Source: Octopus sinensis
Taxonomy: Eukaryota
Assembly (NCBI RefSeq): GCF_006345805.1
Contig: NC_043003.1
Location: 76,570,001-76,634,000, forward strand
Reading direction: 5' to 3'
DNA length: 64,000 nucleotides
Numbering within the stretch: the stretch's first letter is position 1; each line of letters opens with the position of its first letter. Below, piece by piece: positions 13,300 through 26,111 of the stretch. Made by a program: the position numbers and the translations under genes. The notes beneath the pieces were generated by a model. It saw nothing but the letters and a program-made list of their open reading frames with translations. It ran no database searches and was not told the origin of the DNA.

Positions 13300-14190
13300 T
13301 ATGTACCGGTCTTGTTAAGTTCAGTACTAATATCAGTTAGATGAGACGTGGTGGAATATAACAACTTAATCGCGTAGGGTTTAACAATCTTACACTTGCT
13401 TGATTTGAGTAAGTGCTTTTCTATATATACAAAAATTAATTATGCTAGTCTTCTTATTCATTCGTCTTCAATATTCAAAGGAGATTACCGAAATTCTAGA
13501 GTAGGATAGCTTGGTAACATTTTTGTTGAAATGCCATGGTAGCTGCCTTGCGAGGAAGGACGTCACTGCGGTCTGGTAAAAGATCTTGAGATGCTGGTTT
13601 TCACTCAAGATGAGAATCGTAGGCCTATTTGGCGCGATGTATTCAACCAAGTGTCGCCAGATTAATATTCGATAGGTATGCTCGAAGAGTTTCTGTTATG
13701 TTTTCTGGTATAGTTCTCTGTACCTGAACAACCCCACAGGACCACCTTAAGATTTGTCTACGAGATGAAATTAATTCTGTAATTTTGGCAAGTTCCCTTG
13801 AGAGACTCACAATATTCTGCGACTTTATTGAAGATGTTTTTTATTTGAGGAAAACCTGGATACCCCAAATGAGATTTCCCAATTGTGCTTTATATTACAT
13901 ACATAGAAGGTACAGATAATATATTTCCGAATCGCAATATAATGTAACAACTAAAACATACATCCTTTTGTAGCACTTTTTGAAGTGAGTAGAGAAATCG
14001 AAGTTCCGAAGAAAACGTGGAGACGTTTTTCCTGTCTTACCACTTCAAATTGGGAATATCCGGATCTCCTTTAGTCAGTACAAAACTACAAGTTTAGTAA
14101 CCTGGGAGGAATCAGAGAACAGTCACGTATAACTCATTAGCCCTGAATTCCTTACACCGATCTTCCTCTTGGAAAGAAATCAGCGCTTTC
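13300..14190 (-). mobile_element. Possible heavily decayed retroelement ORF1-like fragment
   Basis: Minus-strand pieces such as DRKALISFQEEDRCKEF and KIFYQTAVTSFL.. loosely resemble Tx1 ORF1. No intact motif. Confidence 0.25.
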
Positions 14191-15232
14191 CTATCAGCAT
14201 ATATGAACTAAGAGAAATAAATAAGGATTCCCAATGGCATGCATATGAACAACATATGCAAATACAGTTATGTCAAATATAATATAACATAAATTCTTGA
14301 TTTCATATAATTATCTTTACCTCTCCCTTCTCTCTCTCTCTCTCTCTCTTTTTTCTTTCGCTCATTCTCTCTCTTTCTCTCTCCCCTCTCTGTCTCTCTC
14401 TGCCGATCTCTTTCTGTATCGTATGTATGTTTGTACGTAATGTAATATATGTATATACGTTAAATGGAGTGTACATTAAAACGAAAGCGAAATGTTTTGA
14501 TTCAAACTAATATTCAAGTAAAGTTTCGTAATAGTTTGTAGTGCATTATTCTTGCCAGACACAAGTTTCAGAAACAAATCATAACTTTCGATGTTACGAC
14601 ATTTTGAAGATTAAAAACGAAAGCTTGGGAAATGAAATCAGAGACAAAAGAGTCCCCTCCACCCATACACACTCACACACACCACACAAACCAAAAAATA
14701 AAAAATAAAATAATTTATAAAAGCAAATAAATATCACTCAGCAGTTAAGGAATAAAGTAGTGAGAGATTACGATTAAACAAAGATATTCTAACATCGTTA
14801 TAGGCAACTAATCTTTTGCACTGCAAGGCATAAACTATTGTTGATCGCATTTGATGGTTAAGTGAAACCTTTGGGTATTCTGTAGACTATAGACTCCTTA
14901 ATAACGAGATTGAATAGAAATAAATGTATTTGAGACAACTGGGAAATCAAGAGCAAGCTTCCAAGTCGAAAAATATGATATGATTAACAAGTTCTTTTGA
15001 CCTTTTTATTGTACTAATGTTTCATTAGTATCAAACAAACAATTTCGACCAGTCGAAATCTATATCGGTCTCTACACCTATCCTGTGGGTTATATAATAT
15101 TCATTAATAAATATACCCACATGCACTTACACAACCCCCCCCCATATATGAGTGTGTGTACGCGGATGTGTGTGTATGTGTGTGCTGTGCTGCGTTTGTG
15201 CGTGTACGTGTCTGTGTTTATGTGCTCGATAA

Positions 15233-15314
<82 letters not shown>

Positions 15315-15631
15315 CACACGCACACAGACATATCTACATATGTGTGGTGTGACTGTGAGTTGTGTATGGTTTTGTATATTTGTGAGTATATAAATGTATA
15401 TATGTAATGCTTGTACGCACAAATACATATATATATATATATATACGTATTCACATACCTATATATGCGTGCGTACGTGTACGCATACACATTTGTATAA
15501 TATTTATATGGTCCTAATGCTCTTTCTCTGTCTCAAATTGGTGCTTACGATGTCTGCTACTGTGAATCTATAATTCGCTCTGTACGAATATGCATACACA
15601 TATAGATGCATACATACATATTATTATTATC

Positions 15632-15670
<39 letters not shown>

Positions 15671-15671
15671 G

Positions 15672-15873
15672 AATCGGTGAGGTTGCAGAATCGTTAGCAC
15701 GCTTAGCGGCGTTTGATCTGTCTTTACGTTCTGAGTTCAACTTTTGGCGAGGTCGACTTTGCCTTACATCATCTTGGGTTCAATGGAATAAGTACCATTC
15801 AAACACTGGAGGTCAATGTAGTCGACTTCAGCCATGCTCTGAAATTGTTGGCTTTGTGCACACATTTGAAGCT
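15672..15873 (+). mobile_element. tRNA-derived SINE family B
   Basis: GCAGAATCGTTAGCAC..GTTCTGAGTTCAA..GAGGTCGACTTTGCCTT.CATC..AAGTACC..CACTGG.GGTC; homologous to 22215, 24000, 24245 and 63365. Confidence 0.85.
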
Positions 15874-15874
15874 A

Positions 15875-15899
15875 TTATTATCATTATTATTATTATTAT

Positions 15900-15950
<51 letters not shown>

Positions 15951-16015
15951 CTGCAGCAGTAGCAGTAGTAGTAGTATCAGCAGTAGCAGTAGCAGTAGGA
16001 GGACGAGGAGGAGGA
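15875..16015. repeat. (ATT)n/(AGT)n/(AGC)n compound trinucleotide repeat; (ATT)n also at 15620-15670
   Basis: Direct reading. Confidence 0.95.
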
Positions 16016-16029
16016 GTATTTTTCTACTT

Positions 16030-16915
16030 TCAATATTGATTCCATTTTTTGCTGGGTTATTTCCCGACACCTAGAGCAAAATGTCTCATTGTATATCTTT
16101 ATTGGTAGGCCATTTAAATTAAACACACTAAATTCGTTTACAAAGTCAAGTTATGTGATAGAAAACGGGGAAGAAAAAAGGAAGATGGAAAAAAAGGAAA
16201 AAGTGAAACAGAAAAATGGAAAAGAAGAAAAACGAAAACAAATAAAATAAAGGGAAAAAGCAAAAAAAATTAACAGCGACATTGTTCTTCTCAGTGTTTG
16301 TGAAGTACCACTTAGAATAATCTTTTTCACTTCTTGCATGTTTCATTCTCAAATAATTTTCAATTCCTTTTTTGATCATTCGATGTGTTCCTACACTGGT
16401 ACTTTAACCGTCTTGAGATACCACATTTTTTCGATTTCAATCAGCAAACCATTTTTTTTTTTCTGAGCATATCAAATTCATTGGCCGAGATATTATGATC
16501 ACAAGGTATGATCGTGTCAATCAATAAAAATATTTTATTGTTTTGGTCTTTCACAATAATATCTGGTTTATTAGCTTTGATTGTACCAGAAAGTCCCAAA
16601 GAATCATAATAATTTTCTCCTTCAGTTACAGCCTCAAGGTAGAGGCTATACCATTTGTCAGCAGATTTGATTTTAAAATGCCGACATATCAACCAGTGTA
16701 GATATTGGCCAACTCTGTCATGTCTCATCCAGAGACTAAATGGTCCACTGTTTCAATCTCATGGTTACAGTATCGGGAATTTGGGTCTACTCCATTTTTC
16801 ATTACATTGCCTTGGCAGTTCCGAGTCAATAAGCCCTGATCTTGAACAAGTAAAATGAAACCTTTGCACTCTGTCTTTAGCCCTGAGTTCTGTAGCCACT
16901 GATGGGTACGCCTTT
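16030..16915 (-). mobile_element. R4/Dong-like non-LTR retrotransposon 3' fragment (restriction-like endonuclease)
   Basis: THQWLQNSGLKTE..ETVDHLVSG..RHDRVGQYLHWLICRHF..NKPDIIVKD..LLID..IEKMW..VKKIILSGTSQTLRR: RHD and PD-(D/E)xK motifs of RLE-type LINEs. Confidence 0.9.
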
Positions 16916-17019
16916 TCAGTTTTTATCGTTTTTATCTTTTCATTATTATATGTAGACCCCTACAATTTATGTCTTTCTCTGCATTCATCCTTCATCCTTC
17001 ACCCTTGTGGCAAATAAAT

Positions 17020-17034
17020 AAATCATCATCATCA

Positions 17035-17071
<37 letters not shown>

Positions 17072-17100
17072 CATTATTATTATTATTATCATTATTATTG
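17020..17100. repeat. (ATC)/(ATT)n microsatellite
   Basis: Direct reading. Confidence 0.92.
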
Positions 17101-17102
17101 AT

Positions 17103-17270
17103 CAGGCGGCTAGCTGACAGAATGGATTATCCTGCTCTTTGCCTTGTGAGCTCAAATCCCGCCGCGGATGACATGAACCAGGTTAACATTGAGGTTGATA
17201 TAGTCGACTAATTCCTCTCCTCCATATTTCAATCTTGTGCCTATATTCGAAAAAACCACACCCAGAAATA
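17103..17270 (+). mobile_element. SINE family B, degenerate and internally deleted
   Basis: GGCGGCTAGCTGACAGAAT..GAGCTCAAATCCCGCCG..GGTTGATATAGTCGACT. Confidence 0.6.
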
Positions 17271-18447
17271 TCTTCAACACTTGAGACACCACCAACATTT
17301 CAAAGGCCACATCAAACAAAATCATATACCAATCCAGAAAAGAAAGTGAAGAGCTGCCCCAAAGCATCATCAATTATACGGCCATAGACAAAAACAAGCA
17401 CTTAATAAAACACATTTGTTATTACACAGGCATTAATGAAAATTAATGAAAATCTTGAAGGTGATTGTCTAAAACCGTTGGTGGATCTCTCTAAAGAGAT
17501 CCATTAGAATAGAATGGATAAGATGTAGTAATACAAACAGTTGACTGAAGGTGACACGTATGAGAAGTGATAACGAAAATGTTTGTGACTTATTTTTGGT
17601 GAAAATGATATTTGACTATTTCTTTGAAACAAAACAAATATCGTGTCGTACATCGCTGGAACAAAAATCTAGTTACTATGTTTGAGGGTTGGTTGGAGTA
17701 TGATATCCAGCGGATAATTAGAACGAAAAGTTATGATTTCTGTTACTAATCTCCCATAGAATGTAATTCATAGACATCTATTCTTGAAGGTTTAGACAAA
17801 GGTGACAAATTTATACTTTGCTTTGATTACTTATTTCTGTTTGTTTCTAATTAGACTGAAGAGTTTCATTCGTCTTGTGTAACAGATAACAGTAAGGAAT
17901 CTGACATCTGGAAGATGAAAAGCTCGGAGTGCAAACAAATAGTAATAAGACGACAAACAGTAAATGGAAACTGAAATGGGCATAAAAGATCTAAAGAAAA
18001 TATTTTAAATAAAGGTGTTCAAGATATTTGTGACTGGAATCTCTCCTCAGGCAGTGATGGATACACGGGTTTCAGATCACATTCAGTTCCTATCATCCCT
18101 ATTAAATGTCCTGACAAAATGACAAGACGTATTGCTGATAGAGATAAAACAGGAAATATGGTCAGAACTGTATGTATTACTCTTTCCAAAATCTGTATTC
18201 CACATACTTTTTGGACGTATACTAAATTTAAAACATGAAACAGCGATAGGAGGAACTAAACACAAAAGCAGTAATAGTGCAAACTGCTCCAATACTTCCG
18301 AATATATTGATATAAAATATTATGAAATATTTTAAAGACAAAAACGCACAAAAAAGAAGAGTGTCCCTAAGTAATGACAGTTAGGTGAACAGTTGCCGTT
18401 AGAAACACAAATATTTCGGTAAATACTTAGAGAAACGAAAAGATATT

Positions 18448-18705
18448 TGGGTGGTGGTGGTGGTGGTGGTGGTGGTGTGGTGGTGGTATGGTGGTGGTGG
18501 TAGTGGTGATGGTGCTGATGCTGCAGCTGCTACTGCTGCTAATGGTGATGAAGACGACGCTGATGAAGATTATGATGATGATGAGTATTAGAATAATCCT
18601 GCTGATAACGGTGATAATGATGATGATGATGGAAACAAATACCATCACCAATTCAACGATGAAGACGACGACGATGATGATTATGATGATGATGATGGCG
18701 AAGCA
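18448..18705. repeat. Degenerate (GGT)n/(GAT)n/(GCT)n trinucleotide tract
   Basis: Direct reading. Confidence 0.9.
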
Positions 18706-19234
18706 GTAAAAACAGTTAGTCGTTACCTGTGGTCAAAAGTGAGGTGATAAATCACAATACTGCAGTAATATTCATATACATCCATTTACGTTATATTGAA
18801 TTCATTCGCCATGAGTATAGTTCAGGATATATCAATTTTAATTGATATTACTCTACTTAGAAAGACGTCCACCATTAAGAAACAGGTGAATATCTCCCTG
18901 CTTTCTCACATAACAGTCACCTTGCAATATATCCATGATAGTAAATGCTGGACCGGTAGTTTACGACTAATACCAAACTAGCAAAACTTTTCAATATTTG
19001 GAAATGCTCAAAGTGCTATATCCTTCCTACATAAAAGTATACAAACACATATATTTCTATCTAGCTATCCATGAATGCATCTATCTATATATCTAACTAC
19101 CTACCTACCTACCTACCTACCTACCTATCTGTTTATCTGTTTATACATCTGTTGGCTATCAATCTATCTATCTGCCTGTCTCTCTATCCATCTATCTATC
19201 TAGATAGATAGTCAGACACAGAACAGTAATAATA

Positions 19235-19775
19235 ACAAGAAAAGCGGGTGGCCATGGACATGTACAACTGGAATTAAAAATGAAGATTGCCACAACTGGC
19301 CAAAACACCTAAACTTTTTGATGACTGGATGTTAAAATTGTCTTAAAACATGAAAACAAGAAAACATCATACTAAGTAACAAAACAGGCAAAGAAATATC
19401 TTAGTGAATTCCAAGTACAACAAATCCCAGAATTAGACGTACTGGAAACAAGCACAGTAAAAACTAAGCGTATGAAAACCTGTGCTAAAACTGCTGCCTG
19501 AGTTATTGTTACTGATAAATGGTAAGAAAAACCTCTGAATGGCAAAAACCGAAAGAGAGCTAATAATGCCGATGTTGACAAAACCCTTACTCATCAATTG
19601 TTAGTGTCTTCTGGTTTAAAATCAGAGACAGAAGGATTTATCATAGCAACCCAAGATCAATGCCTACACACAAGGAGCTACCAGGCCAACATATTAAAGA
19701 ACGGCAGTAGTCCAACATATCGCGTATGTCAACAACAAAAGGAAACCTTCAATCATGTTAAACGAAACACCTGTG
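19235..19775 (+). mobile_element. R4/Dong-like LINE fragment
   Basis: DDWMLK..KPLNGK..VDKTLTHQLLVSSGLKSETEGFIIATQDQCLHTRSYQANILKNG..RVCQQQKETFNHV; homologous to 16030-16915 and 36930-37460. Confidence 0.9.
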
Positions 19776-19974
19776 TTTCTAGGGATGAATTATCCAAAGA
19801 ATTCCTCTCAGAAACATGGCTATGATGCTACCCCACTACTTCTGCTCGTGATTAGAGATGCATATATCGTCAGCTACGAAGGGACATTCTCAACTGGTTA
19901 AAGTCAAACAACTGACAAGCAAATCTGTGGTATTGAGCAGAATATTTGCTGCAGTTCATCTTTTATAAATATAC

Positions 19975-20026
<52 letters not shown>

Positions 20027-20080
20027 CATTATTATTATTATCATTATTATTATTATCATTATTGTTATAATCATTGTGGT
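19975..20080. repeat. (ATT)n microsatellite
   Basis: Direct reading. Confidence 0.95.
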
Positions 20081-20399
20081 TGTTGTTATTTTCTTTGTCA
20101 TTATTATAAAACCCATATATTCACAAAACGCCTTGCGAAATACTGCTACCAAGTTTGCCTGGTCGAAACAGTAAATCATTTTGCCATTTATCAAACTGGT
20201 AACAACAACAAGAGTCTTTAGTCACTGAGTTGGAGGTTACTAACATTTGAATGAGCACGTACATTTAGAAAAAAAAGGGAAGAGAAATAAAGGGTGATAA
20301 TTATCTGCACAGCAAATATAATCAGTGTTTTATAAATATCAAAAGTTACATAAACCAACAGTGGAGTTGCTTTATGATGTGACAGTTGGTTTAACTTTT

Positions 20400-20760
20400 A
20401 TTCCTGGTTAGATGAATTTTGCAATAAACAGAAATGGTGGACGATCTCTCTTCTAGTATATATGCTATTCCTAGGCTTAATTTTGTTTGGTGTGGAGGAT
20501 TCGGTTTTTTTAACATGCATAGCGAATATCATTTTGACCCGTGAATATAAGATTTGGCTTTTGATAGGATATTCCATATATTTGTAATTGATGTTACTCG
20601 TCCTTAAGTATTGAAGATTGATGTCGATGGCATTGCTGCATGTCTCGTCTCTGAATGTGTAATGGTTAAAATATGATTGCGGCGATTGCGGATTCTGAAT
20701 TGAATTGTTTTTTTCCATGGACCCTTTGGTCTTTGTCCGGCTTTTTGTGCGTTTTTTCTT
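20400..20760 (-). mobile_element. Penelope-like element, GIY-YIG endonuclease fragment
   Basis: One minus frame reads GQRPKGPWKK...NIWNILSKAKSYIHGSK*YSLCMLKK. This matches the PLE GIY-YIG pattern G.TEGPWKKR..WNIL.KAK.Y....C.LC..EK. Confidence 0.7.
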
Positions 20761-20890
20761 TATTAAATTAATATCTTTAGTTCCTTAACTGATGGAGTAC
20801 AAATAATATATTTTGAACTTCAGACCACGTACGCAAGCACGCACGCACACACACATACACACACATATATTCATATATGTATATGCATAT

Positions 20891-21312
20891 AGGCGCAGGA
20901 GTGGCTGTGTGGTAAGTATGCTGCTTACCAACCATATGGTTCCGGGTCCAGTCCCACTGCGTGACACCTTGGGCAACTGTCTTCTACGTTAGCCTCGAGC
21001 CAACCAAAAGGTTGTGAGTGGATTTGGCAGACGGAAACTGAAAGAAGCACGTCGTATATATATATATGTATGTGAGTGCGCGCGCGTGTGTGTGTGTATG
21101 TTTGTGTGTCTGTGTTTGACCCCCAACATCGCTTGACAACCGATGCTGGTGTGTTTGCGTCCCCGTCACTTAGCGGTTCGGCAAGAGAGATTGATAGAAT
21201 AAGTACTAAGCTTACAAAGAATAAGTCCTGGGGTTGATTTGCTCAAGTAAAGGCGGTGCTCCAGCATTGCCGCAGTCAAATGACTGCAACAAATCAAAGA
21301 ATAAAAGAATAA
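20891..21312 (+). mobile_element. SINE family A, near full length
   Basis: GGCGCAGGAGTGGCTGTGTGGTAAG (A box) .. GGGTCCAGTCCC (B-like) .. internal TA/TG microsatellite .. tail AAAGAATAAAAGAATAAGA. Confidence 0.95.
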
Positions 21313-22214
21313 GAGAATGAAGAATATATATGTATATACATATATGTTTATATATTTTAATAAAACACTAAGGATAATAGCGGTCCACTCTTCTCACGTA
21401 TTCAAAATATTTTCCAGCAGCATAATAAAACAGGTCCTTCTGTATCTAGTTTGTTTTGTATTAGTCAGACAAGGAAAAAGAGTGAGAAATCTTGAAATTA
21501 GAAGGCTTGCCTGAGTAAAGTTGTAAGTTATTGCTTAGTGAAGGACGGAGAGCTTTTAAAACTTTGAGTTATAAAATAGTCGTTAACTGATGTTTTTATT
21601 TCTTGTTATGTGATTATTTCTTGTGATTTAACACGAAACAAGTAGAATTTATCGGCTGGATGACGCATTTCATCTAACAATATTGCGCTGCTTACTATTA
21701 TGTGTCACATTTCAGTGATATTTGATGTATATTATTATTTTTCATGATGAGTTAGTGCGAGGATGATTACAATTATATAGTAGAATATGCTAATTGCTAA
21801 AAATATTTTATAAAAACTACCTAATTTTCATAAAAAGTAAACTTAATATTGCACCTCAGTATAAGTGAACATATTTAATTCTTCCTAATAAAACAACTAA
21901 AGTGACTATATTAAGCTAATTTATTATTCTATTATGTGCAATTTTTATACATTATATTGTTAAAATTTGAAAATTAGTTCCTGAAAATAACAGCGTGATA
22001 TGCAAATTTTAAAAGCTGTTATAAAATCAACGCCCGAATCACAGATACGGTGGACACCATTCATGCGAAATGCAAATTTGTTTTAAAAATATAGCCCAGT
22101 ATTATACAATATGTAAATTTTACTGATTGATATTTGTGGCTCGCTTATTTATTATAGCAATTTTGCAGTAATTACTTTCGTACCTTTTCTTTTTCAATAT
22201 TCCTTTGACGTATG

Positions 22215-22355
22215 GTTTCAAATCCCGCCGGGGTCGACATTCCCTTTTATTCTTTCAGGGTTCGATATATTAAGTACCAGTTGAACACTGGGGTCGATAT
22301 AATCGATTAGCACCCTTCCCTCAAATTCCTGGCATTATCTCAAAAATTGAAACCG
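22215..22355 (+). mobile_element. SINE family B, 5'-truncated
   Basis: TTCAAATCCCGCCGGGGTCGAC..TTCAGGGTTCGATATATTAAGTACCAGTTGAACACTGGGGTCGATATAATCGA. Confidence 0.85.
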
Positions 22356-22849
22356 ATATTTCTTCGATGCATAGTGAAGTGATATGGGTATTTCGTTCAG
22401 GGTTGTACAGTTGTGAATTCGCTTCCTGAACAGATTGTTTCATTGTGTTATGCAGAAAGAAACTCACTTGTAAATTGTACTTACCGGAGGTGGTGGAGCG
22501 CTCTCTTCTTGCAGCTATGATATCCTGGATGTGCCACTTTGTGTTTGTTAGCAGGGCCCAGAAGACGACTGCATGAGACTTTCGTCATCCAAAACAATTA
22601 CCGAATGCATGGCGCGTGTTATCAAGTCATAGTAAGTTTCGAGTGGCGTCTGGCTTTAATGTGTGTATGTCAAAGTGAACGAAAATATTTGACTTACAAT
22701 AATGGAATGTGACTAATATAACTTATTCTTTGTACTTGAATAGATATTAACTAATATAAGTTAGCTAATCCGTGTAGCAATATTTTATATGTAATGAACC
22801 AAAATAAGTTTTTGTGTACATTTGCGTTGTATTACATTGAGTGACTGTA

Positions 22850-22934
22850 TGTGTGTGAGTTTGCGCCTGTGTGTGTGAATTTCTGTGCGCGTGTGTGTGT
22901 TTGTGTGTGTGTATTTGTGTGTGTGTGTGTGTGT

Positions 22935-22995
<61 letters not shown>

Positions 22996-23005
22996 TGTGT
23001 GTTTG
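22850..23005. repeat. (TG)n microsatellite
   Basis: Direct reading. Confidence 0.95.
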
Positions 23006-23089
23006 TAAGAGTGATTCAGAAAGCAGAATGTTTAAGAAAGTGTAGACGAAATTATAAAACTAAAATTGGTTAGGTTTACCATTTAGGGT

Positions 23090-23570
23090 CACACATTGCA
23101 GTTCCACATCAATCATTGTCCAAAAAGAATCTGTCCAACACTGACCATAGGACACAGTTCTTCCTTCTAGTTGCTGTGGTTAGGCTTATGCCAACTGTAG
23201 ACGACGTAAAATTTTGGTGCAATAAATCAATCACTCTCTAGCAAATAGGGACCCTCAAAAATGCTCAAATGAGGATTGTGTAGTAATCGAACATTTGAGA
23301 CGATGAGGCTGCTGCACAGTAAGGCATCTTAGATCATAATATACAGTAAGAACCCTCTTGTCTGATTGTATGCAATTAACCAAAGATAAGTTGCAGCCTC
23401 TGTCTCACTATTTTCTCGTTCTCATTCAGAACTCACGTTTCTTTCTTCTCATCACTCATGTGCGAAATACAGCAGTTCCTACAATAGCACGAGGACCAGT
23501 CCGTCGTCCACAGAACGTTGGCTCTTGGGGTCTACTTCATTCATGACGACTTTTCTTGAAATTGTTGCAT
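23090..23570 (-). mobile_element. Possible piggyBac-like transposase remnant
   Basis: Frameshifted pieces KVVMNEVDP..ELL..VMRRKKREF..LSLVN..KRVL..FWTMIDV occur in the order expected for the piggyBac catalytic region (VV.LV.P..LL..GT.R.NKRE..W..F..D). Very degenerate. Confidence 0.3.
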
Positions 23571-23798
23571 TTTTAACAATTTAAGCACAATGCATATATT
23601 ATTAACCTAGTCTGTGTGGCATTGCATGTGATGACCTTGGACACAACCAAACAGTATATCACGTGTGTGTGAGAGAGAGAGAGAGAGAGCGTGACTATGT
23701 GAAGTATAATTGAAGATTATTCTTGTCCTGTCAGTTAGTCTTTCCAGTCTCAAAGTTATTTTTCCATTCCTTTCTTCCATGTCGCTGAAAATTCAAGT

Positions 23799-23835
<37 letters not shown>

Positions 23836-23857
23836 TTCTTTCTTTCTCTCCATCTTT

Positions 23858-23895
<38 letters not shown>

Positions 23896-23999
23896 GTGTT
23901 TGCATGTACTCTCATGAAACATGCATACTTCGATACAGAGAGCTTGTTATACACACATATGTATACATAATATATTTGCGCTCAAATATTGGATCAAGG

Positions 24000-24200
24000 T
24001 CAGAAATTTGGGGGTAGGGAAAGAGCAAGTCGACTACATCGAGTCTAGTGCCCAACTGGTATTTATTTTATCGACCTCCATAGGATGCAAGGCGAAGTCT
24101 TCCTAGCCGTAATTTGAATTCAGGTCGTCAGAGCGGACGAAAGGATAGTAAACACTTGTGTAGCGTGCGGACTATTCTGTCATCTCGCCGCCTTATACTT
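24000..24200 (-). mobile_element. SINE family B copy
   Basis: Plus strand AGTCGACTACATCGAGTCTAGTGCCCAACTGGTATTTATTTTATCGACC..TTTGAATTCAG..ATTCTGTCATCTCGCCGCC is the reverse complement of family B. Confidence 0.8.
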
Positions 24201-24244
24201 GCATAATATATTGGTTTCAAATTTTCGTACAAAGGTAGCAATTA

Positions 24245-24415
24245 CGTGGGAGGAAGCAGGTCGATTAATTCCTCCCCAATGCTCAACTGCTACTTATTTT
24301 ATCGATCTCGAAGGAAAAGTCGACATCGATGAAATTTAAACTCAGAACAAAGAGATGGACGAAATGTCGCTAAGCATTTTTTCCGGCATGTTAATGCTTC
24401 TGCTTGTTTTCCACC
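24245..24415 (-). mobile_element. SINE family B copy
   Basis: TACTTATTTTATCGATCTCGAAGGAAAAGTCGAC..AACTCAGAAC..GCTAAGCATTTTTTCCGGCATG; same family, tandem to the previous copy. Confidence 0.8.
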
Positions 24416-24601
24416 TTGCATACAATATTGATACGCGTAGGTGGTTACATACACAATAATTGTATCAAATGGCAACTCTGATGTAATGACATTTAACCTT
24501 TTCCTCATTCAATATTATATTGAACGTTTGGTGTATTCCCTATTAATTGCCAATATTCACTTCCTCCTTGTTTGTTACCTGCTTTTAATTGGTTTCTCTT
24601 A

Positions 24602-24632
<31 letters not shown>

Positions 24633-25199
24633 GCTCTCTCTCCCGTTCTCTGACTTTATATGGAGAGAGTGACACACACACATACACATACAAACACTTA
24701 CGTATATATATATATATATATGTTGAGAGAGAGGGAGAGAGAGATATAGGTAGGCAGATAGATATAGCGAGAAATACATACAAAGAGAAAGAGAGAGACC
24801 TGCAGTTCCGATTCATATGCTTGTGTTATCTCATAATCTTCTTGCAGCCCCTTAGACTTAAGTTATCTACTTCTGTAATGAAATATTGTTCGTCCGTACG
24901 TTTCTTTGTTGCGAACTTACTCTCCCTTTCTTATATAACGTCTATTTTTCTATTGTGTTTATATTACCGACGTTATTATAATATGTAGCTCAGAGCGTGT
25001 TTGTGTGCGATCTATGTAGACTTTTATTGTAATTGTTATGCAAGTTGCTCTTTTTATTGTCATTGTTTTATTTGTTTCTTTTTTGATGATAACGTTCGTG
25101 TTATTGCCATTGTTAGCCCTCTATCCAACGACTCTTGATCAAATTCATTCCATTTCTGAGCAATCCACCTTTTGTAAAATATGGAATTACATAGTCTGC

Positions 25200-25850
25200 A
25201 TCGAAATGCGGAGTAGAGGAAACAGGGAAAACTGAAGAAGGAGAACACTGGGGCGACTGTACATAGCTACCGGCCCATAGTCGACGCTATGGCGACCAGA
25301 GGCCGCTCTGGGCGACGTTGGGGCAGCTGTACACAGCTACCGGCCCACAGTCGACGCTATGGCGACCAGAGCTCGCTCTGGGCGACATTGGGGTGACTGT
25401 ACACCGCTACCGGCCCACAGTCAACGCTATGGCGACCAGAGCTCGCTCTGGGTGACATTGGGGCGACTGTACACAGCTACCGGCCCACAGTCGACCAGAT
25501 AAGGTTGACGCCACCAGAGGAACTAATGAACAACGTTAGGAAGAAGACTAAGAATGCAGGTGGAGGGAAGACCGCATGAGTGTTACGAATGTGGCGAAAA
25601 AGGACACATGAAGGCGAGATGCCCACGAAAAGAACAGAGAGAAACTACAGAAAAGGTCGATCAGGCAGTAACAGGTGAGAATAATGAGACAACAGCGGTA
25701 GAAGAATTCACACTAGTGGAAAGAAAAAGAAGGGGGAGCGGTAGGGTAAGCCCACCACCGACTAATCAGAAAAAGAATAAAGAAGAGATGGAAAAAAAGA
25801 GGTAACGAGAAAGAAAGATGATAAAAGTGAGACGGAAAAGGAAAGGGAAA
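25200..25850 (+). pseudogene. L1/Tx1-like ORF1 remnant with intact CCHC zinc knuckle
   Basis: MQVEGRPHECYECGEKGHMKARCP = CX2CX4HX4C in the same VEGR context as the ORF1 at 11.9 kb; followed by an acidic/basic low-complexity tail. Confidence 0.75.
25249..25495. repeat. GC-rich 70-bp minisatellite, about 3.5 copies
   Basis: GGG(C/T)(GA/AG)CTGTAC recurs at 25251, 25321, 25391 and 25461; the units are nearly identical. Confidence 0.95.
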
Positions 25851-25925
25851 AAATAATTGAGACGATGTGTGAAAAAGAGTCAGAGAAGTGAATCGAACGG
25901 CTTTTGTGTGTTTCTTAAATGGCTT

Positions 25926-25958
<33 letters not shown>

Positions 25959-25971
25959 ATATATATATATA

Positions 25972-26008
<37 letters not shown>

Positions 26009-26076
26009 TAAAAGACCCCCTTCGGTCATATATATACGACTGAGTCATATATATATATATATATATATACGACTGA

Positions 26077-26109
<33 letters not shown>

Positions 26110-26111
<2 letters not shown>

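Noticed and set aside
17882-18234. 87-codon open stretch (NGHKRSKE..YTKFKT) on the plus strand
   Set aside because: No recognisable motif, and runs of this length are expected by chance in 64 kb times six frames.
25249-25495. 70-bp repeat as a CRISPR array
   Set aside because: The units are contiguous with no unique spacers, there are no cas genes, and the context is eukaryotic.
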